Source of the DNA: Auanema rhodensis
Taxonomy: Eukaryota > Animalia > Nematoda
Reading direction: 5' to 3'
Length of the DNA: 64,000 nt
Assembly (NCBI GenBank): GCA_964057225.1
Contig: OZ059896.1
Location: forward strand, 9,424,001 to 9,488,000
The position numbers and the translations under genes were made by a program. Below the pieces are notes generated by a model. The model saw only the letters and a program-made list of their open reading frames with translations. It had not been told where the DNA came from and searched no databases. Of the stretch, positions 12,150 through 26,149 are shown piece by piece. The stretch's first letter is position 1. The number at the start of each line of letters is the position of its first letter.

Positions 12150-15100
12150 CCGTGTCACTGTATGTTTTATCGATAAACTACACTTTTCCTATTGACCACT
12201 AGTTTGTTGGAGCCCAATTGATCTGACGCCACGTTTGCTAGCACATCATAAGGTCTTGTGGTGTAGTGGTTATCACGTCTGCTTTACACGCAGAAGGTCG
12301 TCGGTTCGAACCCGGCCAAGACCTGTTCTTTTGAAGGATTTTAATCCAAAATCATCAGACTACCGTGTCACTGTATGTTTTATCGATAAACTACACTTTT
12401 CCTATTGACCACTAGTATGTTGGAGCCCAATTGATCTGGCGCCATGTATGCTACCACATCATAAGGTCTTGTGGTGTAGTGGTTATCACGTCTGCTTTAC
12501 ACGCAGAAGGTCGTCGGTTCGAACCCGGCCAAGACCTGTTCTTTTGAAGGATTTTAATCCAAAATCATCAGAGTACCGTGTCACTATATGTTTTATCGAT
12601 AAACTACATTTTTTCTATTGACCACTAGTTTGTTGGAGCCCAATTGATCTGGCGCCATGTATGCTAGGACATCATAAGGTCTTGTGGTGTAGTGGTTATC
12701 ACGTCTGCTTTACACGCAGAAGGTCGTCGGTTCGAACCCGGCCAAGACCTGTTCTTTTGAAGGATTTTAATCCAAAATCATCAGAGTACCGTGTCACTAT
12801 ATGTTTTATCGATAAACTACATTTTTCCTATTGACCACTAGTTTGTTGGAGCCCAATTGATCTGGCGCCATGTAAGCTAGGACATCATAAGGTCTTGTGG
12901 TGTAGTGGTTATCACGTCTGCTTCACACGCAGAAGGTCGCCGGTTCGAACCCGGCCAAGACCTGTTCTTTTGAAGGATTTTAATCCATAATCATCACAGT
13001 ACCGTGTCACTGTATGTTTTATCAATAAACTACACTTTTCCTATTGACCACTAGTATGTTGGAGCCCAATTGATCTGGCGCCATGTATGCTACCACATCA
13101 TAAGGTCTTGTGGTGTAGTGGTTATCACGTCTGCTTTACACGCAGAAGGTCGTCGGTTCGAACCCAGCCAAGACCTGTTCTTTTGAAGGATTTTAATCCA
13201 AAATCATCAGAGTACCGTGTCACTGTATGTTTTATCGATAAACTACACTTTTCCTATTGACCACTAGTATGTTGGAGCCCAATTGATCTGGCGCCATGTA
13301 TGCTACCACATCATAAGGTCTTGTGGTGTAGTGGTTATCACGTCTGCTTTACACGCAGAAGGTCGTCGGTTCGAACCCGGCCAAGACCTGTTCTTTTAAA
13401 GGATTTTAATCCAAAATCATCAGAGTACCGTGTCACTGTATGTTTTATCGATAAACTACATTTTTCCTATTGACCACTAGTTTGTTGGAGCCCAATTGAT
13501 CTGGCGCCATGTATGCTAGGACATCATAAGGTCTTGTGGTGTAGTGGTTATCACGTCTGCTTTACACGCAGAAGGTCGTCGGTTCGAACCCGGCCAAGAC
13601 CTGTTCTTTTGAAGGATTTTAATCCAAAATCATCAGAGTACCGTGTCACTGTATGTTTTATCGATAAACTACATTTTTCCTATTGACCACTAGTTTGTTG
13701 GAGCCCAATTGATCTGGCGCCATGTATGCTAGGACATCATAAGGTCTTGTGGTGTAGTGGTTATCACGTCTGCTTTACACGCAGAAGGTCGTCGGTTCGA
13801 ACCCGGCCAAGACCTGTTCTTTTGAAGGATTTTAATCCAAAATCATCAGAGTACCGTGTCACTATATGTTTTATCGATAAACTACACTTTTCCTATTGAC
13901 CACTAGTATGTTGGAGCCCAATTGATCTGGCGCCATGTATGCTACCACATCATAAGGTCTTGTGGTGTAGTGGTTATCACGTCTGCTTTACACGCAGAAG
14001 GTCGTCGGTTCGAACCCGGCCAAGACCTGTTCTTTTGAAGGATTTTGATCCAAAATCATCAGACTACCGTGTCACTGTATGTTTTATCGATAAACTACAC
14101 TTTTCCTATTGACCACTAGTATGTTGGAGCCCAATTGATCTGGCGCCATGTATGCTACCACATCATAAGGTCTTGTGGTGTAGTGGTTATCACGTATGCT
14201 TTACACGCAGAAGGTCGTCGGTTCGAACCCGGCCAAGACCTGTTCTTTTGAAGGATTTTAATCCAAAATCATCAGAGTACCGTGTCACTATATGTTTTAT
14301 CGATAAACTACATTTTTCCTATTGACCACTAGTTTGTTGGAGCCCAATTGATCTGGCGCCATGTATGCTAGGACATCATAAGGTCTTGTGGTGTAGTGGT
14401 TATCACGTCTGCTTTACACGCAGAAGGTCGTCGGTTCGAACCCGGCCAAGACCTATTCTTTTGAAGGATTTTGATCCAAAATCATCAGAGTACCGTGTCA
14501 CTATATGTTTTATCGATAAACTACATTTTTCCTATTGACCACTAGTTTGTTGGAGCCCAATTGATCTGGCGCCATGTAAGCTAGGACATCATAAGGTCTT
14601 GTGGTGTAGTGGTTATCACGTCTGCTTTACACGCAGAAGGTCGTCGGTTCGAACCCGGCCAAGACCTGTTCTTTTGAAGGATTTTAATCCAAAATCATTA
14701 CAGTACCGTGTCACTGTATGTTTTATCGATAAACTACACTTTTCCTATTGACCACTAGTTTGTTGGAGCCCAATTGATCTGACGCCACGTTTGCTAGCAC
14801 ATCATAAGGTCTTGTGGTGTAGTGGTTATCACGTCTGCTTTACACGCAGAAGGTCGTCGGTTCGAACCCGGCCAAGACCTGTTCTTTTGAAGGATTTTAA
14901 TCCAAAATCATCAGACTACCGTGTCACTGTATGTTTTATCGATAAACTACACTTTTCCTATTGACCACTAGTATGTTGGAGCCCAATTGATCTGGCGCCA
15001 TGTATGCTACCACATCATAAGGTCTTGTGGTGTAGTGGTTATCACGTCTGCTTTACACGCAGAAGGTCGTCGGTTCGAACCCGGCCAAGACCTGTTCTTT

Positions 15101-17260
15101 TGAAGGATTTTAATCCAAAATCATCAGAGTACCGTGTCACTATATGTTTTATCGATAAACTACATTTTTTCTATTGACCACTAGTTTGTTGGAGCCCAAT
15201 TGATCTGGCGCCATGTATGCTAGGACATCATAAGGTCTTGTGGTGTAGTGGTTATCACGTCTGCTTTACACGCAGAAGGTCGTCGGTTCGAACCCGGCCA
15301 AGACCTGTTCTTTTGAAGGATTTTAATCCAAAATCATCAGAGTACCGTGTCACTATATGTTTTATCGATAAACTACATTTTTCCTATTGACCACTAGTTT
15401 GTTGGAGCCCAATTGATCTGGCGCCATGTAAGCTAGGACATCATAAGGTCTTGTGGTGTAGTGGTTATCACGTCTGCTTCACACGCAGAAGGTCGCCGGT
15501 TCGAACCCGGCCAAGACCTGTTCTTTTGAAGGATTTTAATCCATAATCATCACAGTACCGTGTCACTGTATGTTTTATCAATAAACTACACTTTTCCTAT
15601 TGACCACTAGTATGTTGGAGCCCAATTGATCTGGCGCCATGTATGCTACCACATCATAAGGTCTTGTGGTGTAGTGGTTATCACGTCTGCTTTACACGCA
15701 GAAGGTCGTCGGTTCGAACCCAGCCAAGACCTGTTCTTTTGAAGGATTTTAATCCAAAATCATCAGAGTACCGTGTCACTGTATGTTTTATCGATAAACT
15801 ACACTTTTCCTATTGACCACTAGTATGTTGGAGCCCAATTGATCTGGCGCCATGTATGCTACCACATCATAAGGTCTTGTGGTGTAGTGGTTATCACGTC
15901 TGCTTTACACGCAGAAGGTCGTCGGTTCGAACCCGGCCAAGACCTGTTCTTTTAAAGGATTTTAATCCAAAATCATCAGAGTACCGTGTCACTGTATGTT
16001 TTATCGATAAACTACATTTTTCCTATTGACCACTAGTTTGTTGGAGCCCAATTGATCTGGCGCCATGTATGCTAGGACATCATAAGGTCTTGTGGTGTAG
16101 TGGTTATCACGTCTGCTTTACACGCAGAAGGTCGTCGGTTCGAACCCGGCCAAGACCTGTTCTTTTGAAGGATTTTAATCCAAAATCATCAGAGTACCGT
16201 GTCACTGTATGTTTTATCGATAAACTACATTTTTCCTATTGACCACTAGTTTGTTGGAGCCCAATTGATCTGGCGCCATGTATGCTAGGACATCATAAGG
16301 TCTTGTGGTGTAGTGGTTATCACGTCTGCTTTACACGCAGAAGGTCGTCGGTTCGAACCCGGCCAAGACCTGTTCTTTTGAAGGATTTTAATCCAAAATC
16401 ATCAGAGTACCGTGTCACTATATGTTTTATCGATAAACTACACTTTTCCTATTGACCACTAGTATGTTGGAGCCCAATTGATCTGGCGCCATGTATGCTA
16501 CCACATCATAAGGTCTTGTGGTGTAGTGGTTATCACGTCTGCTTTACACGCAGAAGGTCGTCGGTTCGAACCCGGCCAAGACCTGTTCTTTTGAAGGATT
16601 TTGATCCAAAATCATCAGACTACCGTGTCACTGTATGTTTTATCGATAAACTACACTTTTCCTATTGACCACTAGTATGTTGGAGCCCAATTGATCTGGC
16701 GCCATGTATGCTACCACATCATAAGGTCTTGTGGTGTAGTGGTTATCACGTATGCTTTACACGCAGAAGGTCGTCGGTTCGAACCCGGCCAAGACCTGTT
16801 CTTTTGAAGGATTTTAATCCAAAATCATCAGAGTACCGTGTCACTATATGTTTTATCGATAAACTACATTTTTCCTATTGACCACTAGTTTGTTGGAGCC
16901 CAATTGATCTGGCGCCATGTATGCTAGGACATCATAAGGTCTTGTGGTGTAGTGGTTATCACGTCTGCTTTACACGCAGAAGGTCGTCGGTTCGAACCCG
17001 GCCAAGACCTATTCTTTTGAAGGATTTTGATCCAAAATCATCAGAGTACCGTGTCACTATATGTTTTATCGATAAACTACATTTTTCCTATTGACCACTA
17101 GTTTGTTGGAGCCCAATTGATCTGGCGCCATGTAAGCTAGGACATCATAAGGTCTTGTGGTGTAGTGGTTATCACGTCTGCTTTACACGCAGAAGGTCGT
17201 CGGTTCGAACCCGGCCAAGACCTGTTCTTTTGAAGGATTTTAATCCAAAATCATTACAGT
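12150..17260 (+). repeat. Higher-order tandem duplication of 12 units (period 2556 bp); boundaries approximate
   Basis: Rare variants recur exactly 2556 bp apart: 13166/15722, 14196/16752, 14455/17011. Confidence 0.85.
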
Positions 17261-20200
17261 ACCGTGTCACTGTATGTTTTATCGATAAACTACACTTTTC
17301 CTATTGACCACTAGTTTGTTGGAGCCCAATTGATCTGGCGCCATGTATGCTACCACATCATAAGGTCTTGTGGTGTAGTGGTTATCACGTCTGCTTTACA
17401 CGCAGAAGGTCGTCGGTTCGAACCCGGCCAAGACCTGTTGTTTTGAAGGATTTTAATCCAAAATCATTACAGTACCGTGTCACTGTATGTTTTATCGATA
17501 AACTACACATTTCCTATTGACCACTAGTTTGTTGGAGTCCAATTCATCTGGCGCCACGTTTGCTAGCACATCATAAGGTCTTGTGGTGTAGTGGTCATCA
17601 CGTCTGCTTTACACGCAGAAGGTCGTCGGTTCGAACCCGGCCAAGACCTGTTCTTTTGAAGGAATTTAATCCAAAATCATTACAGTACCGTGTCACTGTA
17701 TGTTTTATCGATAAACTACACTTTTCCTATTGACCACTAGTTTGTTGGAGTCGAATTCATCTGGCGCCATGTATGCTAGCACATCATAAGGTCTTGTGGT
17801 GTAGTGGTTATCACGTCTGCTTTACACGCAGAAGGTCGTCGGTTCGAACCCGGCCAAGACCTGTTCTTTTGAAGGATTTTAATCCAAAATCATTACAGTA
17901 CCGTGTCACTGTATGTTTTATCGATAAACTACACTTTTCCTAGTGACCACTAGATTGTTGGAGCCCAATTGATCTGGCGCCATGTATGCTAGCACATCAT
18001 AAGGTCTTGTGGTGTAGTGGTTATCACGTCTGCTTTACACGCAGAAGGTCGTCGGTTCGAACCCGGCCAAGACCTGTTCTTTTGAAGGATTTTAGTCCAA
18101 AATCATTAGAGTACCGTGTCACTGTATGTTTTATCGATAAACTACACTTTTCCTATTGAGCACTAGTTTGTTGGAGCCCAATTGATCTGGCGCCATGTAT
18201 GCTAGCACATCATAAGGTCTTGTGGTGTAGTGGTTATCACGTCTGCTTTACACGCAGAAGGTCGTCGGTTCGAACCCGGCCAAGACCTGTTCTTTTGAAG
18301 GATTTTAGTCCAAAATCATTAGAGTACCGTGTCACTGTATGTTTTATCGATAAACTACATTTTTCCTATTGACCACTAGTTTGTTGGAGCCCAATTGATC
18401 TGGCGCCATGTATGCTAGCACATCATAAGGTCTTGTGGTGTAGTGGTTATCACGTCTGCTTCACACGCAGAAGGTCGCCGGTTCGAACCCGGCCAAGACC
18501 TGTTCTTTTGAAGGATTTTAATCCAAAATCATTAGAGTACCGTGTCACTGTATGTTTTATCGATAAACTACACTTTTCCTATTGACCACTAGATTGTTGG
18601 AGCCCAATTGATCTGGCGCCATGTATGCTAGCACATCATAAGGTCTTGTGGTGTAGTGGTTATCACGTCTGCTTTACACGCAGAAGGTCGTCGGTTCGAA
18701 CCCGGCCAAGACCTGTTCTTTTGAAGGATTTTAGTCCAAAATCATTAGAGTACCGTGTCACTGTATGTTTTATCGATAAACTACATTTTTCCTATTGACC
18801 ACTAGTTTGTTGGAGCCCAATTGATCTGGCGCCATGTATGCTAGCACATCATAAGGTCTTGTGGTGTAGTGGTTATCACGTCTGCTTTACACGCAGAAGG
18901 TCGTCGGTTCGAACCCGGCCAAGACCTGTTCTTTTGAAGGATTTTAGTCCAAAATCATTAGAGTACCGTGTCACTGTATGTTTTATCGATAAACTACACA
19001 TTTCCTATTGACCACTAGTTTGTTGGAGTCCAATTCATCTGGCGCCACGTTTGCTAGCACATCATAAGGTCTTGTGGTGTAGTGGTTATCACGTCTGCTT
19101 TACACGCAGAAGGTCGTCGGTTCGAACCCGGCCAAGACCTGTTCTTTTGAAGGATTTTAATCCAAAATCATCAGAGTACCGTGTCACTGTATGTTTTATC
19201 GATAAACTACACTTTTCCTATTGAGCACTAGTTTGTTGGAGCCCAATTGATCTGGCGCCATGTATGCTAGCACATCATAAGGTCTTGTGGTGTAGTGGTT
19301 ATCACGTCTGCTTTACACGCAGAAGGTCGTCGGTTCGAACCCGGCCAAGACCTGTTCTTTTGAAGGATTTTAGTCCAAAATCATTAGAGTACCGTGTCAC
19401 TGTATGTTTTATCGATAAACTACATTTTTCCTATTGACCACTAGTTTGTTGGAGCCCAATTGATCTGGCGCCATGTATGCTAGCACATCATAAGGTCTTG
19501 TGGTGTAGTGGTTATCACGTCTGCTTCACACGCAGAAGGTCGCCGGTTCGAACCCGGCCAAGACCTGTTCTTTTGAAGGATTTTAATCCAAAATCATTAG
19601 AGTACCGTGTCACTGTATGTTTTATCGATAAACTACACTTTTCCTATTGACCACTAGATTGTTGGAGCCCAATTGATCTGGCGCCATGTATGCTAGCACA
19701 TCATAAGGTCTTGTGGTGTAGTGGTTATCACGTCTGCTTTACACGCAGAAGGTCGTCGGTTCGAACCCGGCCAAGACCTGTTCTTTTGAAGGATTTTAGT
19801 CCAAAATCATTAGAGTACCGTGTCACTGTATGTTTTATCGATAAACTACATTTTTCCTATTGACCACTAGTTTGTTGGAGCCCAATTGATCTGGCGCCAT
19901 GTATGCTAGCACATCATAAGGTCTTGTGGTGTAGTGGTTATCACGTCTGCTTTACACGCAGAAGGTCGTCGGTTCGAACCCGGCCAAGACCTGTTCTTTT
20001 GAAGGATTTTAGTCCAAAATCATTAGAGTACCGTGTCACTGTATGTTTTATCGATAAACTACACATTTCCTATTGACCACTAGTTTGTTGGAGTCCAATT
20101 CATCTGGCGCCACGTTTGCTAGCACATCATAAGGTCTTGTGGTGTAGTGGTCATCACGTCTGCTTTACACGCAGAAGGTCGTCGGTTCGAACCCGGCCAA

Positions 20201-23200
20201 GACCTGTTCTTTTGAAGGATTTTAGTCCAAAATCATTAGAGTACCGTGTCACTGTATGTTTTATCGATAAACTACATTTTTCCTATTGACCACTAGTTTG
20301 TTGGAGCCCAATTGATCTGGCGCCATGTATGCTAGCACATCATAAGGTCTTGTGGTGTAGTGGTTATCACGTCTGCTTTACACGCAGAAGGTCGTCGGTT
20401 CGAACCCGGCCAAGACCTGTTCTTTTGAAGGATTTTAGTCCAAAATCATTAGAGTACCGTGTCACTGTATGTTTTATCGATAAACTACACATTTCCTATT
20501 GACCACTAGTTTGTTGGAGTCCAATTCATCTGGCGCCACGTTTGCTAGCACATCATAAGGTCTTGTGGTGTAGTGGTCATCACGTCTGCTTTACACGCAG
20601 AAGGTCGTCGGTTCGAACCCGGCCAAGACCTGTTCTTTTGAAGGATTTTAGTCCAAAATCATTAGAGTACCGTGTCACTGTATGTTTTATCGATAAACTA
20701 CATTTTTCCTATTGACCACTAGTTTGTTGGAGCCCAATTGATCTGGCGCCATGTATGCTAGCACATCATAAGGTCTTGTGGTGTAGTGGTTATCACGTCT
20801 GCTTCACACGCAGAAGGTCGCCGGTTCGAACCCGGCCAAGACCTGTTCTTTTGAAGGATTTTAATCCAAAATCATTAGAGTACCGTGTCACTGTATGTTT
20901 TATCGATAAACTACACTTTTCCTATTGACCACTAGATTGTTGGAGCCCAATTGATCTGGCGCCATGTATGCTAGCACATCATAAGGTCTTGTGGTGTAGT
21001 GGTTATCACGTCTGCTTTACACGCAGAAGGTCGTCGGTTCGAACCCGGCCAAGACCTGTTCTTTTGAAGGATTTTAGTCCAAAATCATTAGAGTACCGTG
21101 TCACTGTATGTTTTATCGATAAACTACACTTTTCCTATTGAGCACTAGTTTGTTGGAGCCCAATTGATCTGGCGCCATTTATGCTAGCACATCATAAGGT
21201 CTTGTGGTGTAGTGGTTATCACGTCTGCTTTACACGCAGAAGGTCGTCGGTTCGAACCCGGCCAAGACCTGTTCTTTTGAAGGATTTTAGTCCAAAATCA
21301 TTAGAGTACCGTGTCACTGTATGTTTTATCGATAAACTACACTTTTTCTATTGACCACTAGTTTGTTGGATCCCAATTGATCTGGCGCCATGTTTGCCAG
21401 TTTATCATAAGGTCTTGTGGTGTAGTGGTTTTCACGTCTGCTTCACACGCAGAAGGTCGCCGGTTCGAACCCGGCCAAGACCTGTTCTTTTGAAGGATTT
21501 TAGTCCAAAATCATTAGAGTACCGTGTCACTGTATGTTTTATCGATAAACTACATTTTTCCTATTGACCACTAGTTTGTTGGAGCCCAATTGATCTGGCG
21601 CCATGTATGCTAGCACATCATAAGGTCTTGTGGTGTAGTGGTTATCACGTCTGCTTCACACGCAGAAGGTCGCCGGTTCGAACCCGGCCAAGACCTGTTC
21701 TTTTGAAGGATTTTAATCCAAAATCATTAGAGTACCGTGTCACTATATGTTTTATCGATAAACTACACTTTTCCTATTGACCACTAGTTTGTTGGAGTCC
21801 AATTCATCTGGCGCCACGTTTGCTAGCACATCATAAGGTCTTGTGGTGTAGTGGTTATCACGTCTGCTTTACACGCAGAATGTCGTCGGTTCGAACCCGG
21901 CCAAGACCTGTTCTTTTGAAGGATTTTAATCCAAAATCATCAGAGTACCGTGTCACTGTATGTTTTATCGATAAACTACACTTTTTCTATTGACCACTAG
22001 TTTGTTGGAGCCCAATTGATCTGGCGCCATGTATGCTAGCACATCGTAAGGTCTTGTGGTGTAGTGGTCATCACGTCTGCTTTACACGCAGAAGGTCGTC
22101 GGTTCGAACCCGGCCAAGACCTGTTCTTTTGAAGGATTTTAGTCCAAAATCATTAGAGTACCGTGTCACTGTATGTTTTATCGATAAACTACACTTTTCC
22201 TATTGAGCACTAGTTTGTTGGAGCCCAATTGATCTGGCTCCATGTATGCTAGCACATCATAAGGTCTTGTGGTGTAGTGGTTATCACGTCTGCTTTACAC
22301 GCAGAAGGTCGTCGGTTCGAACCCGGCCAAGACCTGTTCTTTTGAAGGATTTTAGTCCAAAATCATTAGAGTACCGTGTCACTGTATGTTTTATCGATAA
22401 ACTACATTTTTCCTATTGACCACTAGTTTGTTGGAGCCCAATTGATCTGGCGCCATGTATGCTAGCACATCGTAAGGTCTTGTGGTGTAGTGGTCATCAC
22501 GTCTGCTTTACACGCAGAAGGTCGTCGGTTCGAACCCGGCCAAGACCTGTTCTTTTGAAGGATTTTAATCCAAAATCATTACAGTACCGTGTCACTGTAT
22601 GTTTTATCGATAAACTACATTTTTCCTATTGACCACTAGTTTGTTGGAGCCCAATTGATCTGGCGCCATGTATGCTAGCACATCGTAAGGTCTTGTGGTG
22701 TAGTGGTCATCACGTCTGCTTTACACGCAGAAGGTCGTCGGTTCGAACCCGGCCAAGACCTGTTCTTTTGAAGGATTTTAATCCAAAATCATTACAGTAC
22801 CGTGTCACTGTATGTTTTATCGATAAACTACACTTTTCCTATTGAGCACTAGTTTGTTGGAGCCCAATTGATCTGGCTCCATGTATGCTAGCACATCATA
22901 AGGTCTTGTGGTGTAGTGGTTATCACGTCTGCTTTACACGCAGAAGGTCGTCGGTTCGAACCCGGCCAAGACCTGTTCTTTTGAAGGATTTTAATCCAAA
23001 ATCATTAGAGTACCGTGTCACTGTATGTTTTATCGATAAACTACATTTTTCCTATTGACCACTAGTTTGTTGGAGCCCAATTGATCTGGCGCCATGTATG
23101 CTAGCACATCATAATGTCTTGTGGTGTAGTGGTTATCACGTCTGCTTCACACGCAGAAGGTCGCCGGTTCGAACCCGGCCAAGACCTGTTCTTTTGAAGG

Positions 23201-26149
23201 ATTTTAATCCAAAATCATTAGAGTACCGTGTCACTGTATGTTTTATCGATAAACTACACTTTTCCTATTGAGCACTAGTTTGTTGGAGCCCAATTGATCT
23301 GGCGCCATTTATGCTAGCACATCATAAGGTCTTGTGGTGTAGTGGTTATCACGTCTGCTTTACACGCAGAAGGTCGTCGGTTCGAACCCGGCCAAGACCT
23401 GTTCTTTTGAAGGATTTTAGTCCAAAATCATTAGAGTACCGTGTCACTGTATGTTTTATCGATAAACTACACTTTTCCTATTGAGCACTAGTTTGTTGGA
23501 GCCCAATTGATCTGGCGCCATTTATGCTAGCACATCATAAGGTCTTGTGGTGTAGTGGTTATCACGTCTGCTTTACACGCAGAAGGTCGTCGGTTCGAAC
23601 CCGGCCAAGACCTGTTCTTTTGAAGGATTTTAGTCCAAAATCATTAGAGTACCGTGTCACTGTATGTTTTATCGATAAACTACACTTTTCCTATTGAGCA
23701 CTAGTTTGTTGGAGCCCAATTGATCTGGCGCCATTTATGCTAGCACATCATAAGGTCTTGTGGTGTAGTGGTTATCACGTCTGCTTTACACGCAGAAGGT
23801 CGTCGGTTCGAACCCGGCCAAGACCTGTTCTTTTGAAGGATTTTAGTCCAAAATCATTAGAGTACCGTGTCACTGTATGTTTTATCGATAAACTACACTT
23901 TTTCTATTGACCACTAGTTTGTTGGATCCCAATTGATCTGGCGCCATGTTTGCCAGTTTATCATAAGGTCTTGTGGTGTAGTGGTTATCACGTCTGCTTC
24001 ACACGCAGAAGGTCGCCGGTTCGAACCCGGCCAAGACCTGTTCTTTTGAAGGATTTTAATCCAAAATCATTACAGTACCGTGTCACTGTATGTTTTATCG
24101 ATAAACTACACTTTTTCTATTGACCACTAGTTTGTTGGATCCCAATTGATCTGGCGCGATGTTTGCCAGTTTATCATAAGGTCTTGTGGTGTAGTGGTTA
24201 TCACGTCTGCTTTACACGCAGAAGGTCGTCGGTTCGAACCCGGCCAAGACCTGTTCTTTTGAAGGATTTTAGTCCAAAATCATTAGAGTACCGTGTCACT
24301 GTATGTTTTATCGATAAACTACACTTTTTCTATTGACCACTAGTTTGTTGGAGCCCAATTGATCTGGCGCCATGTATGCTAGCACATCATAAGGTCTTGT
24401 GGTGTAGTGGTCATCACGTCTGCTTTACACGCAGAAGGTCGTCGGTTCGAACCCGGCCAAGACCTGTTCTTTTGAAGGATTTTAATCCAAAATCATTACA
24501 GTACCGTGTCACTGTATGTTTTATCGATAAACTACACTTTTCCTATTGAGCACTAGTTTGTTGGAGCCCAATTGATCTGGCGCCATGTATGCTAGCACAT
24601 CATAAGGTCTTGTGGTGTAGTGGTTATCAAATCTGCTTCACACGCAGAAGGTCGCCGGTTCGAACCCGGCCAAGACCTGTTCTTTTGAAGGATTTTAGTC
24701 CAAAATCATTAGAGTACCGTGTCACTGTATGTTTTATCGATAAACTACATTTTTCCTATTGACCACTAGTTTGTTGGAGCCCAATTGATCTGGCGCCATG
24801 TATGCTAGCACATCATAAGGTCTTGTGGTGTAGTGGTTATCACGTCTGCTTCACACGCAGAAGGTCGCCGGTTCGAACCCGGCCAAGACCTGTTCTTTTG
24901 AAGGATTTTAATCCAAAATCATTAGAGTACCGTGTCACTGTATGTTTTATCGATAAACTACATTTTTCCTATTGACCACTAGTTTGTTGGAGCCCAATTG
25001 ATCTGGCGCCATGTATGCTAGCACATCATAAGGTCTTGTGGTGTAGTGGTTATCACGTCTGCTTCACACGCAGAAGGTCGCCGGTTCGAACCCGGCCAAG
25101 ACCTGTTCTTTTGAAGGATTTTAATCCAAAATCATTAGAGTACCGTGTCACTGTATGTTTTATCGATAAACTACACTTTTCCTATTGAGCACTAGTTTGT
25201 TGGAGCCCAATTGATCTGGCGCCATTTATGCTAGCACATCATAAGGTCTTGTGGTGTAGTGGTTATCACGTCTGCTTTACACGCAGAAGGTCGTCGGTTC
25301 GAACCCGGCCAAGACCTGTTCTTTTGAAGGATTTTAGTCCAAAATCATTAGAGTACCGTGTCACTGTATGTTTTATCGATAAACTACACTTTTCCTATTG
25401 AGCACTAGTTTGTTGGAGCCCAATTGATCTGGCGCCATTTATGCTAGCACATCATAAGGTCTTGTGGTGTAGTGGTTATCACGTCTGCTTTACACGCAGA
25501 AGGTCGTCGGTTCGAACCCGGCCAAGACCTTTTTTTTTGAAGGATTTTAGTCCAAAATCATTAGAGTACCGTGTCACTGTATGTTTTATCGATAAACTAC
25601 ACTTTTTCTATTGACCACTAGTTTGTTGGATCCCAATTGATCTGGCGCCATGTTTGCCAGTTTATCATAAGGTCTTGTGGTGTAGTGGTTATCACGTCTG
25701 CTTCACACGCAGAAGGTCGCCGGTTCGAACCCGGCCAAGACCTGTTCTTTTGAAGGATTTTAATCCAAAATCATTACAGTACCGTGTCACTGTATGTTTT
25801 ATCGATAAACTACACTTTTTCTATTGACCACTAGTTTGTTGGATCCCAATTGATCTGGCGCCATGTTTGCCAGTTTATCATAAGGTCTTGTGGTGTAGTG
25901 GTTATCACGTCTGCTTTACACGCAGAAGGTCGTCGGTTCGAACCCGGCCAAGACCTGTTCTTTTGAAGGATTTTAGTCCAAAATCATTAGAGTACCGTGT
26001 CACTGTATGTTTTATCGATAAACTACACTTTTTCTATTGACCACTAGTTTGTTGGAGCCCAATTGATCTGGCGCCATGTATGCTAGCACATCATAAGGTC
26101 TTGTGGTGTAGTGGTCATCACGTCTGCTTTACACGCAGAAGGTCGTCGG

